Sequence record: PP400782
DNA from: Escherichia phage FL31
Direction: 5' to 3' (one strand)
DNA: 64,000 nt
The position numbers and the translations under genes are program-made. This document shows, in pieces, positions 43,128 to 52,703 of the stretch. The notes beneath the pieces were generated by a model that did no database searches, was not told where the DNA came from, and saw only the letters and a program-made list of their open reading frames with translations. Every line of letters begins with the position of its first letter. Position 1 is the first letter of the stretch.

Positions 43128-44696
43128 ATGACTACTATCAAAACTAAAGCTCAGCTCGTAGACAAATGGAAAGAACTGCTGGAAGGTGAAGGCCTGCCGG
43201 AAATCGCTAATAGCAAGCAGGCTATTATCGCTAAAATCTTCGAAAACCAGGAAAAAGATTTCGAAGTATCCCCTGAATATAAAGACGAGAAAATCGCTCA
43301 GGCATTTGGTTCTTTCTTGACCGAAGCTGAAATTGGTGGTGACCATGGTTATAATGCTCAGAACATCGCAGCAGGTCAAACCTCTGGTGCAGTAACCCAA
43401 ATTGGGCCGGCAGTTATGGGTATGGTTCGTCGTGCTATTCCTAATCTGATCGCTTTTGATATTTGTGGTGTTCAGCCTATGAACAGCCCGACCGGACAGG
43501 TATTTGCTCTCCGTGCAGTATATGGTAAAGACCCTATCGCTGCTGGCGCTAAAGAAGCTTTCCATCCGATGTATGCCCCAGACGCGATGTTCTCTGGTCA
43601 GGGTGCTGCTAAGAAATTCCCAGCTCTGGCTGCTGACACTACTACTGTTGTAGGTGATATCTATACTCACTTCTTCCAAGAAACTGGTACTGTATATCTG
43701 CAAGCTTCTGCTGTCGTAACACTTGATTCTGGTGCAACTGATGCAGCTAAATTAGATGCAGAAGTTAAGAAACAAATGGAAGCTGGTGCACTGGTAGAAA
43801 TCGCTGAAGGTATGGCTACTTCTATCGCTGAACTCCAGGAAGGTTTCAACGGTTCTACCGATAACCCATGGAATGAAATGGGCTTCCGTATCGATAAACA
43901 AGTTATCGAAGCTAAATCTCGCCAGCTGAAAGCTGCTTACTCTATCGAATTAGCACAAGACCTCCGTGCAGTACACGGTATGGATGCTGATGCTGAACTG
44001 AGCGGTATTCTGGCTACAGAAATTATGCTAGAAATCAACCGTGAAGTTGTTGATTGGATTAACTACTCAGCACAGGTCGGTAAATCTGGTATGACCCTGA
44101 CTCCTGGTTCTAAAGCTGGTGTATTTGACTTCCAGGACCCGATTGATATCCGTGGTGCTCGTTGGGCCGGTGAAAGCTTTAAATCTCTGTTGTTCCAGAT
44201 TGATAAAGAAGCAGTTGAAATTGCTCGTCAAACCGGGCGTGGTGAAGGTAACTTCATTATCGCTTCCCGTAACGTAGTTAACGTACTGGCTTCAGTTGAT
44301 ACTGGTATTTCTTACGCTGCACAGGGCCTGGCTTCTGGTTTTAATACCGACACTACTAAGTCTGTATTTGCCGGTGTACTTGGTGGTAAATACCGCGTAT
44401 ACATTGACCAGTATGCTAAACAGGATTACTTCACCGTTGGTTACAAAGGCGCTAACGAAATGGATGCAGGTATTTACTATGCTCCTTACGTTGCACTTAC
44501 CCCACTGCGTGGTTCCGATCCTAAGAACTTCCAGCCGGTAATGGGCTTTAAAACTCGTTACGGTATCGGTGTTAACCCGTTTGCTGAAAGTTCCCTGCAG
44601 GCTCCAGGTGCTCGCATCCAGTCCGGTATGCCGTCTATCCTGAACAGCCTTGGTAAGAACGCTTACTTCCGCCGTGTATATGTAAAAGGCATCTAA
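43128..44696 (+). CDS. 23: Major capsid protein gp23
   Basis: 522 aa; MTTIKTKAQLVDKWKELLEGEGLPEIANSKQAIIAKIFENQEKDF...; near-identical to T4 gp23 as recalled. Confidence 0.97.
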   Translation: MTTIKTKAQLVDKWKELLEGEGLPEIANSKQAIIAKIFENQEKDFEVSPEYKDEKIAQAFGSFLTEAEIGGDHGYNAQNIAAGQTSGAVTQIGPAVMGMVRRAIPNLIAFDICGVQPMNSPTGQVFALRAVYGKDPIAAGAKEAFHPMYAPDAMFSGQGAAKKFPALAADTTTVVGDIYTHFFQETGTVYLQASAVVTLDSGATDAAKLDAEVKKQMEAGALVEIAEGMATSIAELQEGFNGSTDNPWNEMGFRIDKQVIEAKSRQLKAAYSIELAQDLRAVHGMDADAELSGILATEIMLEINREVVDWINYSAQVGKSGMTLTPGSKAGVFDFQDPIDIRGARWAGESFKSLLFQIDKEAVEIARQTGRGEGNFIIASRNVVNVLASVDTGISYAAQGLASGFNTDTTKSVFAGVLGGKYRVYIDQYAKQDYFTVGYKGANEMDAGIYYAPYVALTPLRGSDPKNFQPVMGFKTRYGIGVNPFAESSLQAPGARIQSGMPSILNSLGKNAYFRRVYVKGI

Positions 44697-44720
44697 TCTT
44701 AATTGATTAAATCTTATTTT

Positions 44721-44738
44721 GGGAGACTTCGGTCTCCC
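44721..44738 (+). terminator. UUCG-tetraloop hairpin plus T-run after gene 23
   Basis: GGGAGAC-TTCG-GTCTCCC followed by ATTTTTGG; same 18-mer as 25380-25397. Confidence 0.65.
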
Positions 44739-44748
44739 ATTTTTGGTT

Positions 44749-45018
44749 TTATTTCTGTGCAATTTCGATGTAAGTTTTCAAAATATTTTGCCAATTAGGC
44801 ATACCTTCTTGGACATATGCCGGAGAACCATCTTTGTTTTTGAATGATGCAAGTTTATCAGTGGCCCAATAACCTTTAGCTCGAGCTTCAGAATCAACTT
44901 TCATCCATACTTTGTTGAAGGCATTACCATTAACTTTTGCACCGTATTTTTCTACTAACTTAACTGCTTCAGCTTCCAGAACTTTTAAAGTATCTCGTAA
45001 GAAACGTGCTTTAGTCAT
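44749..45018 (-). CDS. Small early protein (89 aa) on the opposite strand in the 23-24 intergenic slot
   Basis: ATG 45016-45018; own early promoter GTTTACA-N17-TACTAT; MTKARFLRDTLKVLEAEAVKLVEKYGAKVNGN...; T4 carries segD here (recall). Confidence 0.55.
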   Translation of the reverse strand: MTKARFLRDTLKVLEAEAVKLVEKYGAKVNGNAFNKVWMKVDSEARAKGYWATDKLASFKNKDGSPAYVQEGMPNWQNILKTYIEIAQK

Positions 45019-45058
45019 TTTGTTTACTCCTCTGTAGTTGATAAGTCTATAGTATCAC
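45012..45058 (-). repeat. 47-bp exact direct repeat, copy B
   Basis: Identical to 8856-8902 by direct comparison of the two stretches. Confidence 0.85.
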
Positions 45059-45078
45059 ATACTAAATACGTTGTAAAC
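45049..45078 (-). promoter_or_regulatory. Early promoter (GTTTACA-N17-TACTAT) for ORF 44749-45018
   Basis: -10 and 5'UTR are part of the 47-bp cassette repeated at 8856-8902. Confidence 0.55.
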
Positions 45079-45084
45079 AATCTT

Positions 45085-45092
45085 TATAAATA
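45085..45092 (+). promoter_or_regulatory. Late promoter TATAAATA for gene 24
   Basis: TATAAATA 27 nt upstream of the gp24 ATG. Confidence 0.6.
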
Positions 45093-45119
45093 ATCTATAT
45101 CACATAAGGAAAAAATGCA

Positions 45120-46403
45120 ATGAGTAAAATCCAAAAATTATTGCGTGAATCTACAACGTCTACTAGCAACTCAATTGGTCGCCCAAATCTCGTTGCTTTG
45201 ACTCGCGCTACGACTAAATTAATATATTCTGACATTGTAGCAACACAAAGAACTAATCAACCTGTTGCTGCTTTTTATGGTATCAAATATCTTAACCCAG
45301 ATAACGAATTCACATTTAAAACCGGTGCTACTTATGCTGGCGAAGTTGGATATGTAGACCGAGAAAAAATTACTGAGCTCACAGAAGAATCAAAAGTCAC
45401 ACTAAATAAAGGTGATTTTTTCAAATATAATAATATCGTCTATAAAGTGTTAGAAGATACACCATTTGCAGATATTCAAGAAAGTGATCTAGAATTAGCT
45501 CTTCAGATTGCAGTCGTTCATTTAAAGGTACGGTTATTTTCAGATGCAGCGGTAACAAGCAAATTTGAAAGCTCTGATAGCGAAATTTCTGATGCAAGAT
45601 TCCAGATTAATAAATGGCAAACTTCAGTCAAATCTCGCAAACTTAAAACTGGTCTCACGGTTGAATTAGCGCAAGATTTGGAAGCGAATGGATTTGATGC
45701 TCCTAACTTCTTAGAGGATTTGCTTGCTACTGAAATGGCTGATGAAATTAATAAAGATATTCTTCAGTCTTTAATTACTGTATCGAAACGTTATAAAGTT
45801 ACTGGAATTACTGACACCGGATTTATTGACTTGAGCTATGCATCCGCTCCAGAAGCAGGTCGTTCATTATATCGAATGGTGTGTGAAATGGTATCACACA
45901 TTCAAAAAGAGACAACTTATACTGCAACGTTTTGTGTAGCCTCAGCTCGTGCAGCTGCTATTCTTGCTGCTTCCGGTTGGTTAAAACATAAGCCAGAAGA
46001 TGACAAGTATCTTTCACAAAATGCTTATGGATTCTTGGCAAATGGATTACCTCTTTACTGCGATACCAACAGTCCGTTAGATTATGTTATTGTTGGTGTT
46101 GTAGAAAATATCGGCGAAAAAGAAATTGTAGGGTCCATCTTTTATGCTCCATACACTGAAGGAGTAGATTTAGATGACCCGGAACATGTTGGTGCATTTA
46201 AAGTTGTAGTTGATCCAGAAAGCTTGCAACCGTCTATCGGATTATTGGTTAGATATGCTTTATCAGCAAATCCTTACACAGTAGCAAAAGATGAAAAAGA
46301 AGCGAGAGTAATTGATGGCGGGGACATGGATAAAATGGCAGGACGTTCAGACTTGTCTGTTTTACTCGGTGTTAAATTGCCTAAAATTATTATAGATGAA
46401 TAA
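45120..46403 (+). CDS. 24: Capsid vertex protein gp24
   Basis: 427 aa, same length as T4 gp24; gp23-like fold expected. Confidence 0.9.
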   Translation: MSKIQKLLRESTTSTSNSIGRPNLVALTRATTKLIYSDIVATQRTNQPVAAFYGIKYLNPDNEFTFKTGATYAGEVGYVDREKITELTEESKVTLNKGDFFKYNNIVYKVLEDTPFADIQESDLELALQIAVVHLKVRLFSDAAVTSKFESSDSEISDARFQINKWQTSVKSRKLKTGLTVELAQDLEANGFDAPNFLEDLLATEMADEINKDILQSLITVSKRYKVTGITDTGFIDLSYASAPEAGRSLYRMVCEMVSHIQKETTYTATFCVASARAAAILAASGWLKHKPEDDKYLSQNAYGFLANGLPLYCDTNSPLDYVIVGVVENIGEKEIVGSIFYAPYTEGVDLDDPEHVGAFKVVVDPESLQPSIGLLVRYALSANPYTVAKDEKEARVIDGGDMDKMAGRSDLSVLLGVKLPKIIIDE

Positions 46404-46411
46404 ACAAAAAA

Positions 46412-46429
46412 AGGGACCGTAAGGTCCCT
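46412..46429. terminator. Bidirectional hairpin terminator between gene 24 (+) and rnlB (-)
   Basis: AGGGACC-GTAA-GGTCCCT flanked by A-run and T-run. Confidence 0.6.
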
Positions 46430-46435
46430 TTTTAG

Positions 46436-47434
46436 TTATGATACTAATTCAATCCATGCAGGACGCAGAACATCTTGCACCATTCGGACTAATTCTTTCT
46501 TAACAAGATTCGGATTATCAGATGATGTTAATACAATACCTTCACGAGAAGTTTCTTCCAGAATATCTTGAACAGTCAATCCCATCACTTTGCCAAAATC
46601 TTTTGGCGTTACAGTCCCAATCTTAGAAATCACATTATTAACACGGTTTAATGTAACATAACAAGCTAGGACATCAAGCAAGTTTTTGTCAATTTCGGTT
46701 AATGGAACCTGAGTTTTAATAGGCTTATCAGACTTTTTCTTTTCACTGAATTTAGAGTTCTTACACTTAATAGCTACACGAGTACCGTTTGGCAGCCATT
46801 TAGGGAAACAAGGCTTCAGAACATAACCTTCTGCCGTATTATCGCCAATAACATTAGCATCAAATACACAATTATTTGCTTCTACAAGGTCTTCTGACGC
46901 AGTAGCATTATAAGCGGCTAAAACGGAATCAAGGTCATTTGGAATCATGATAAGAGAATCAAATGTTCCACGACCAAGCATTGGTGCCATTTTAAAACCG
47001 AATTCATTACAGAAATCTTGCATTTCGTAATCGGTCAAATACGTATTATCACCGCTTTCTGTATTGATAAGGATATCGAACACATAAAAATCTTTTTCAC
47101 CGTAGTCAACACCTTTCTGGATTCCACCACCAGCGAATTCACCAAAGACCTGATATGATACAGCTCGAGAACTACCAATTACTTCTTGAACGTTTTTAAT
47201 AGCCTTATCATACTTCTTGAGTACAATTTCATAACCATAAAAATCTTCTGCTGGAAGAATAGGGCCTGTGCGCTTGGCGCATGTGACGTTGTCACGTTCA
47301 ATTATTAACGAGAAGTTAGTCCCATGGATTTTCTCACGTGCTACCCAAACACCAGTAGTCAAACCATTAGTGTAGAGTTTTTCAATAAACTTAGAGTTGT
47401 AGTGGTTTTCAAGACTGCTGTATTTCTTAAACAT
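46436..47434 (-). CDS. rnlB: RNA ligase 2
   Basis: 332 aa; nucleotidyltransferase motif I KIHGTN; position after gene 24 as T4 rnlB. Confidence 0.9.
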   Translation of the reverse strand: MFKKYSSLENHYNSKFIEKLYTNGLTTGVWVAREKIHGTNFSLIIERDNVTCAKRTGPILPAEDFYGYEIVLKKYDKAIKNVQEVIGSSRAVSYQVFGEFAGGGIQKGVDYGEKDFYVFDILINTESGDNTYLTDYEMQDFCNEFGFKMAPMLGRGTFDSLIMIPNDLDSVLAAYNATASEDLVEANNCVFDANVIGDNTAEGYVLKPCFPKWLPNGTRVAIKCKNSKFSEKKKSDKPIKTQVPLTEIDKNLLDVLACYVTLNRVNNVISKIGTVTPKDFGKVMGLTVQDILEETSREGIVLTSSDNPNLVKKELVRMVQDVLRPAWIELVS

Positions 47435-47525
47435 AAATCACCATTATAAATAATAATATCAAAATAATTAGCAGAGACTCTATCTCTGACCGGATGTTTA
47501 ATTTGAATGGATAGAACCTAGATTC

Positions 47526-47551
47526 ATTATACCATCAAAAATTGTAAAGCA
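47526..47551 (-). promoter_or_regulatory. Candidate MotA-dependent middle promoter upstream of rnlB
   Basis: Minus strand ATTGCTTTACA (MotA-box-like TGCTTTA) then 12-13 nt then TATAAT. Confidence 0.3.
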
Positions 47552-47553
47552 TA

Positions 47554-47805
47554 TTAGAACTTGATTTCTATCCAATGACCATCACGCTGGTCGTGATTAA
47601 TTTTGTACTGAAAGCCGTTATCACGAAGCCATTGACCGACTTGTTCAGTTATAGTTAAATCATTCTTTGACGGATAGTATGTAAATTGTGTCTGGCCTTT
47701 GTCAGCGGCTTTCTCTGCCATCGCAGAGAAGTTAGTAATAAAATCACTCAACAAATTAGCTTTAGTGGCCAGAGCCCTTTCTCTTAATTCCTGTGCAAAA
47801 CTCAT
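47554..47805 (-). CDS. Hypothetical protein (83 aa), T4 24.2/24.3-position
   Basis: ATG 47803-47805 overlapping upstream stop (ATGA). Confidence 0.5.
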   Translation of the reverse strand: MSFAQELRERALATKANLLSDFITNFSAMAEKAADKGQTQFTYYPSKNDLTITEQVGQWLRDNGFQYKINHDQRDGHWIEIKF

Positions 47806-47996
47806 TTCTTCACCTTTTTGTTAATCAAACGTTTACGGTATACAACTTTTTCTTTTGCTTTAAACTTTGACCGAGCTATCTCGGCTTTAGTCCATAGTAA
47901 TCCAACTTCTTTAGGTTGTAAACCAATTTTTTGAGCAATTTCTACGAATGAAAATCCCGCCTCATGTAATGTATAAACTTCAACTTCAGCTCTCAT
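47802..47996 (-). CDS. Small basic protein with helix-turn-helix-like segment (64 aa)
   Basis: Trimmed to ATG 47994-47996; LHEAGFSFVEIAQKIGLQPKEVG resembles an HTH; Lys-rich C-terminus; weak RBS. Confidence 0.4.
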   Translation of the reverse strand: MRAEVEVYTLHEAGFSFVEIAQKIGLQPKEVGLLWTKAEIARSKFKAKEKVVYRKRLINKKVKK

Positions 47997-48075
47997 AATC
48001 AATCCCGTATTATTTGGTTTGTGCCATTATATACATCAATCTCAAGTTGTGTTTTGTATGCTTTAAAAACGAAGA

Positions 48076-48093
48076 AAGGGGCCGAAGCCCCTT
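48076..48093 (-). terminator. UUCG-tetraloop hairpin plus T-run after hoc
   Basis: Minus strand AAGGGGC-TTCG-GCCCCTT then TCTTCGTTTTT. Confidence 0.6.
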
Positions 48094-48097
48094 ACGA

Positions 48098-49228
48098 TTA
48101 TGGATATGTATAGATGATACCAGTTTCCAAAGCAGTTTTATGGATGATGTATCCATTACGTGATTCTTGAACATCAACTTCCGGATAGTCTTTCATCATC
48201 TTCTGAAGAGTGTAACGATGCAGGTAGTATTTACTATCTGGATCTTCAGTTTTCCAATCTTTACCTTCTTCAGTCATTTTTTGGATTTCATCCATAACCC
48301 ACCAACCGCACCAGATGTAAGCTGAAGTACGATGTGGAAGAGGATGAACATAAGGTAGTTCACCTTCTGGTTCTGGAGCAACTTTATCAGTTACCTGAAC
48401 TTGACCTTCTGCTGTAATAGTTTTGCTATCGTAATCAGTTGCAGTAATAGTTGCAGTAACTTCAATAGTTTGACTTCCAATAGATGAGGTATCAACGGTA
48501 TATACATTAGTTGACCCTTCTACAGGAGAAGAATCTTTCTTCCATGAATACGCAATTTGCGCTTCTTCTGGAGCATCCGTAACATTAGCGGTAAATGTAG
48601 CTGAAGCATCTTGCTGAACGTTAATAGAAGGAGGAGTCAATGTAACCTGTGGATTCATTGTCTTCTTATTAACCGTTAATGATACTTCATTCGAAGTAAC
48701 TTCCTTTGCATCATAATCTGTCGCAGTTACTTGGGCTACACATTTAATTCTTTTTACTCCATTTGTAGTTGGAGTATAATTAAATGTAGAGTTAGTTTCT
48801 CCACTAACTTGAGAACCGTCAACATACCATTGGTACGTAGCAGATGCGCCTGACGGTTGAGAAGCTAAAGCCGCAGTAAATTTAACAGCTGTTCCAATTA
48901 CTCCAGCAGCAGGGCTATCAGGAGTTATAGCCAGAGTAGTTGACTGAGTTTTATTTTTAACCGTGATAGTCGTAGTAATTTCTGCTGTTTCAGCTTCAGC
49001 TTCTGGAACTGTATTTGTTGCAACTACTTTAATAGTCTTTTGACCGGCAGGTCCCTTTAGTATATAACTAAAAGTTGCTTCAGCTCCATCTTGTGGAACA
49101 TCATCCACAGTCCAAGCATATGTAATAGTTCCACCTTCAGCCTGACCACTGGGTGTGGCAGTAAACTGCTGAGTCTGTCCTATAACTCCAGTAGGTGTTT
49201 TAGGAGTTATATTAACTGTAAAAGCCAT
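48098..49228 (-). CDS. hoc: Highly immunogenic outer capsid protein Hoc (Ig-like domains)
   Basis: 376 aa, same length and near-identical sequence to T4 Hoc as recalled. Confidence 0.9.
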   Translation of the reverse strand: MAFTVNITPKTPTGVIGQTQQFTATPSGQAEGGTITYAWTVDDVPQDGAEATFSYILKGPAGQKTIKVVATNTVPEAEAETAEITTTITVKNKTQSTTLAITPDSPAAGVIGTAVKFTAALASQPSGASATYQWYVDGSQVSGETNSTFNYTPTTNGVKRIKCVAQVTATDYDAKEVTSNEVSLTVNKKTMNPQVTLTPPSINVQQDASATFTANVTDAPEEAQIAYSWKKDSSPVEGSTNVYTVDTSSIGSQTIEVTATITATDYDSKTITAEGQVQVTDKVAPEPEGELPYVHPLPHRTSAYIWCGWWVMDEIQKMTEEGKDWKTEDPDSKYYLHRYTLQKMMKDYPEVDVQESRNGYIIHKTALETGIIYTYP

Positions 49229-49237
49229 AAGTTATCC

Positions 49238-49906
49238 TTATTTTAATGTTATGAAAGAAGAATTACGAGTTTCACGAATTAGAACTGATCCATCGCGATT
49301 AATATAATAAATTAAGCTAAATAATGTTTGGTGAGCAGAAGCATGTACAAAACTAGTTGGGCGAGATTTCCAATCTGGGGTTTCGGCTATCCATTGATAA
49401 ATCCACCAAGGAACAGTAACATATCCTGGGGCTTTGCCTAATTTAATGAGTGTAGGACTAAAATTTTCAGGCAGAACAAATTTTACTTCTTTATTTACCT
49501 CTGACTCAGGCTCTTTTTCAGATTCAACAACCTGAGTAATTGCTTCTTCGAATTTATCATGGTCGAATTCTTTTTCTTGTTCGACAACTTCTAATACTTC
49601 AACTTGTTCTGTTGGAGAATCAAACAACAGAATAGCTTCTTCTTTAACTTCTTCGTTGGTGAAATTAACACCGTCCACATCATCTGCGGCAGTAATTAAA
49701 TCAGTGATAGATAATCCATCAGTTTCAGGTAATGGTTCATCAGCCAGTGCGTTAAGAGCTTCTTCGATATCAATAACAATATTATCGAATGATTTTGTTT
49801 TCTTAACACTAATGCCAAATTGTTTCGCATATTCGAACAGTTTAGCTTTGGCTTCCTTTTTATCAGAAAGAGCACGTAACTCTTCAATATAGTCTTTATC
49901 GATCAT
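49238..49906 (-). CDS. inh: Inhibitor of prohead protease Inh
   Basis: 222 aa; position upstream of hoc as in T4; acidic middle region. Confidence 0.8.
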   Translation of the reverse strand: MIDKDYIEELRALSDKKEAKAKLFEYAKQFGISVKKTKSFDNIVIDIEEALNALADEPLPETDGLSITDLITAADDVDGVNFTNEEVKEEAILLFDSPTEQVEVLEVVEQEKEFDHDKFEEAITQVVESEKEPESEVNKEVKFVLPENFSPTLIKLGKAPGYVTVPWWIYQWIAETPDWKSRPTSFVHASAHQTLFSLIYYINRDGSVLIRETRNSSFITLK

Positions 49907-49919
49907 GGTATTTCCTCAT

Positions 49920-49927
49920 TATAAATA
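49920..49927 (+). promoter_or_regulatory. Late promoter TATAAATA for uvsW
   Basis: TATAAATA 29 nt upstream of the uvsW ATG. Confidence 0.55.
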
Positions 49928-49956
49928 TAACTATATTTATTACATGGTAATTTGAC

Positions 49957-51471
49957 ATGACTGACATTAAAGTACATTTTTATGATTTTAGTCACGTGCG
50001 CATTGAATGCGACGAAAGTACGTTTTACGAACTTCGTGACTTTTTTAGCTTTGAAGCTGACGGGTATAAATTTAACCCAAAATATCGCTATGGGCAATGG
50101 GATGGTAGAATTCGACTTTTAGATTACAACCGTTTGTTACCATATGGACTTGTAGGACAAATAAAAAAGTTCTGTAGCAATATGAGTTATTCTGTATGGA
50201 TTGACCCTAAAATCTTTGAGACCGAAGACCTTACCAGAGAAGATTTTGACGCATGGCTTTCTAAACAAGAAATTTATTCGGGCAACGCCAAAATCGAACC
50301 ACATTGGTATCAAAAAGATGCAGTATATGAAGGACTAGTTAATCGTCGTCGAATTTTAAACCTTCCGACATCAGCAGGTAAATCACTAATCCAAGCACTT
50401 TTAGCTCGATATTATCTAGAGAATTATGAAGGTAAAATTCTCATTATCGTCCCTACAACAGCATTGACAACCCAGATGGCTAATGATTTTGTTGATTATC
50501 GCTTGTTTAGTCATTCGATGATTAAGAAAATTGGCGGTGGTGCTGATAAAGCAGACAAATCTAAAAACGACGCTCCAATTATTGTTGGCACATGGCAAAC
50601 GGTAGTTAAGCAGCCTAAAGAATGGTTCTCTCAGTTCGGTATGATGATGAACGATGAATGCCACTTAGCAACAGGTAAAAGTATTTCTTCAATCATCTCA
50701 GGATTAAATAATTGCATGTTTAAATTCGGTTTATCCGGCTCATTAAGAGACGGAAAAGCCAATGTAATGCAGTACGTAGGAATGTTCGGTGAAATCTTCC
50801 GTCCTGTTAGCACGTCTAAATTAATGGAAGACGGTCAAGTAACTGAGCTTAAGATTAATAGTATTTTCCTTCGTTATCCGGACGAATTCACCGTTAAATT
50901 AAAAGGTAAAACATACCAAGAAGAAGTTAAAATTATTACCGGACTAAAACGTCGTACAAAGTGGATTGCTCAACTTTCGGTCAAATTGGCTAAGAAAGAC
51001 GAGAACGCCTTTGTAATGTTTAAACATGTTACACATGGTAAAGAAATATTTGAAGCTATTAAAGAGCTTGGATACGAAAAAGTTTATTACGTATCAGGTG
51101 AAGTTGATACTGAAACACGTAACGCGCTTAAAGTCATGGCAGAAAATGGTAAAGGCATTATTATTGTCGCATCATATGGAGTATTCTCTACCGGTATTTC
51201 AGTCAAGAATCTTCATCATGTTATTTTTGCCCATGGTGTTAAATCAAAAATTATCGTACTTCAAACAGTAGGTCGTGTGCTTCGTAAGCATGGTTCTAAA
51301 GCCGTTGCTACAGTTTGGGATCTCATCGATGACGCAGGTGTAAAACCTAAATCATTAAATACTAAAAAGAAGTATACTCATCTTAATTACTTGTTAAAAC
51401 ACGGTATTGATCGTATCCAGCGTTACGCTGATGAGAAATTTAACTATGTAATGAAAACAATTAATTTATAA
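49957..51471 (+). CDS. uvsW: DNA helicase UvsW (SF2, recombination/repair)
   Basis: 504 aa; Walker A PTSAGKS and DECH box MMMNDECHLA. Confidence 0.9.
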   Translation: MTDIKVHFYDFSHVRIECDESTFYELRDFFSFEADGYKFNPKYRYGQWDGRIRLLDYNRLLPYGLVGQIKKFCSNMSYSVWIDPKIFETEDLTREDFDAWLSKQEIYSGNAKIEPHWYQKDAVYEGLVNRRRILNLPTSAGKSLIQALLARYYLENYEGKILIIVPTTALTTQMANDFVDYRLFSHSMIKKIGGGADKADKSKNDAPIIVGTWQTVVKQPKEWFSQFGMMMNDECHLATGKSISSIISGLNNCMFKFGLSGSLRDGKANVMQYVGMFGEIFRPVSTSKLMEDGQVTELKINSIFLRYPDEFTVKLKGKTYQEEVKIITGLKRRTKWIAQLSVKLAKKDENAFVMFKHVTHGKEIFEAIKELGYEKVYYVSGEVDTETRNALKVMAENGKGIIIVASYGVFSTGISVKNLHHVIFAHGVKSKIIVLQTVGRVLRKHGSKAVATVWDLIDDAGVKPKSLNTKKKYTHLNYLLKHGIDRIQRYADEKFNYVMKTINL

Positions 51472-51496
51472 GGGCTTCGGCCCTTAGGAGATAAAA

Positions 51497-51730
51497 ATGG
51501 TACTTGAATTTAAACAATTTTTATACGAAGCATCTATTGACGAATTCATGGGTAAAATTGCTAGTTGTCATACCTTAGAAGGGCTTGAAGAATTGGAAGC
51601 TTATTATAAGAAACGTATAAAAGAAACGGAATTAAAAGATACAGATGATATTTCTGTCAGGGATGCCTTAGCAGGTAAGCGTGCCGAACTTGAAGGCGAC
51701 GATGATGAGGATGTGGAAGAAGACTTCTAA
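51497..51730 (+). CDS. uvsW.1: UvsW.1 small acidic protein
   Basis: 77 aa immediately after uvsW, with acidic C-terminus. Confidence 0.7.
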   Translation: MVLEFKQFLYEASIDEFMGKIASCHTLEGLEELEAYYKKRIKETELKDTDDISVRDALAGKRAELEGDDDEDVEEDF

Positions 51731-51738
51731 TTAAAAAA

Positions 51739-51761
51739 GGCCCGACCTTTTCGGAAGGGCC
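51739..51761. terminator. Bidirectional hairpin between uvsW.1 (+) and the uvsY operon (-)
   Basis: GGCCCGACC-TTTTCGG-AAGGGCC flanked by A-runs. Confidence 0.5.
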
Positions 51762-51786
51762 AAAAACCATAGGCAAAAAGGTAACA

Positions 51787-51954
51787 CTATAGTAAAAGTT
51801 GGGTTTCGTTCAATTGCTCTTCTGAACTTTCTGAAACCGGCAATTGTTGGACATAGTTATAACAAGGACCAGGATGTGCTGGACCTTTGTCTGTTTCAAC
51901 AACCAATGCAGAATCGATTGGAGTTTTACAGACAACACAAATCTTATCTGACAT
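51787..51954 (-). CDS. Small Cys-containing ORF (55 aa), uvsY.-2 position
   Basis: ATG 51952-51954 with RBS GGAGG; MSDKICVVCKTPIDS...PGPCYNY; below ORF-track cutoff. Confidence 0.45.
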   Translation of the reverse strand: MSDKICVVCKTPIDSALVVETDKGPAHPGPCYNYVQQLPVSESSEEQLNETQLLL

Positions 51955-51986
51955 GATTGCCTCCTAAGTTGAAATTACATATCTAT

Positions 51987-52211
51987 TTATACAACTCTCA
52001 TATGCATATCAATGCCCATATCTTTAGAATAAAAATATTCATCAAGATATCCAGCAAATTTTCCTTTAATATAAAGGACATCTTCACCACACGGGTGGTC
52101 GGCCAGGATACGAATATCCTGACGACGTAGACGATACTTTTCCATTAAGAATTTAATTTCAGTTTCAAATTCTTCGTCATTATTAAAGGCATCTTCAATT
52201 GAATAACGCAT
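51987..52211 (-). CDS. Hypothetical protein, uvsY.-1 position
   Basis: 74 aa; ATG overlaps uvsY stop (TAATG). Confidence 0.6.
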   Translation of the reverse strand: MRYSIEDAFNNDEEFETEIKFLMEKYRLRRQDIRILADHPCGEDVLYIKGKFAGYLDEYFYSKDMGIDMHMRVV

Positions 52212-52624
52212 TATTGCCCCGCTTCAAATTCTCGCATATCCTGGATATGTTTAAGTGCAAAACTACGAGACTTAACTGCGTCAAGTGCACCACTACAGAA
52301 CTCAAGTAAAATTCCCCAGTATTGTAAAGTAGTCTCTATTTTAAGCACATCTTTATCTGCAGCCAGGACAGTTTTCATTTCAGATTTCTCGTATCGGTCC
52401 ATACTGAATTCATCACCGTCACCTCGTCCCGAGTAGTAGTCTAATCTTGCTTTTAGAGCAGTTTTCTTCTGAGTCTCTATACGCAACATTTCTTTACGAA
52501 TAAATGAGTGCTTACGTAGCCATTTGCTGTATAACTTAACATTATTCGCCGTCTCATATTGCAACTTTGTCATATCAATAGCTAAGTCCGCGTCTAACTC
52601 TTCCTGTAAATCTTCCAGCTTCAT
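52211..52624 (-). CDS. uvsY: Recombination mediator UvsY
   Basis: 137 aa; ...RLDYYSGRGDGDEFSMDRYEKSEMKTVL... near-identical to T4 UvsY as recalled. Confidence 0.9.
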   Translation of the reverse strand: MKLEDLQEELDADLAIDMTKLQYETANNVKLYSKWLRKHSFIRKEMLRIETQKKTALKARLDYYSGRGDGDEFSMDRYEKSEMKTVLAADKDVLKIETTLQYWGILLEFCSGALDAVKSRSFALKHIQDMREFEAGQ

Positions 52625-52703
52625 AATATTCTCTCTTTAACTAATAATCTCCCGGCTGTATCGGAAGGACCTAAAACCATTATACATAGGTCGCCTTGAA
52701 GCA

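Noticed and set aside
47441-47460. Plus-strand TATAAATA at about 47449-47456 as a late promoter
   Set aside because: It would fire antisense into the minus-strand rnlB-upstream genes with no plus-strand gene downstream; likely fortuitous in AT-rich intergenic DNA.
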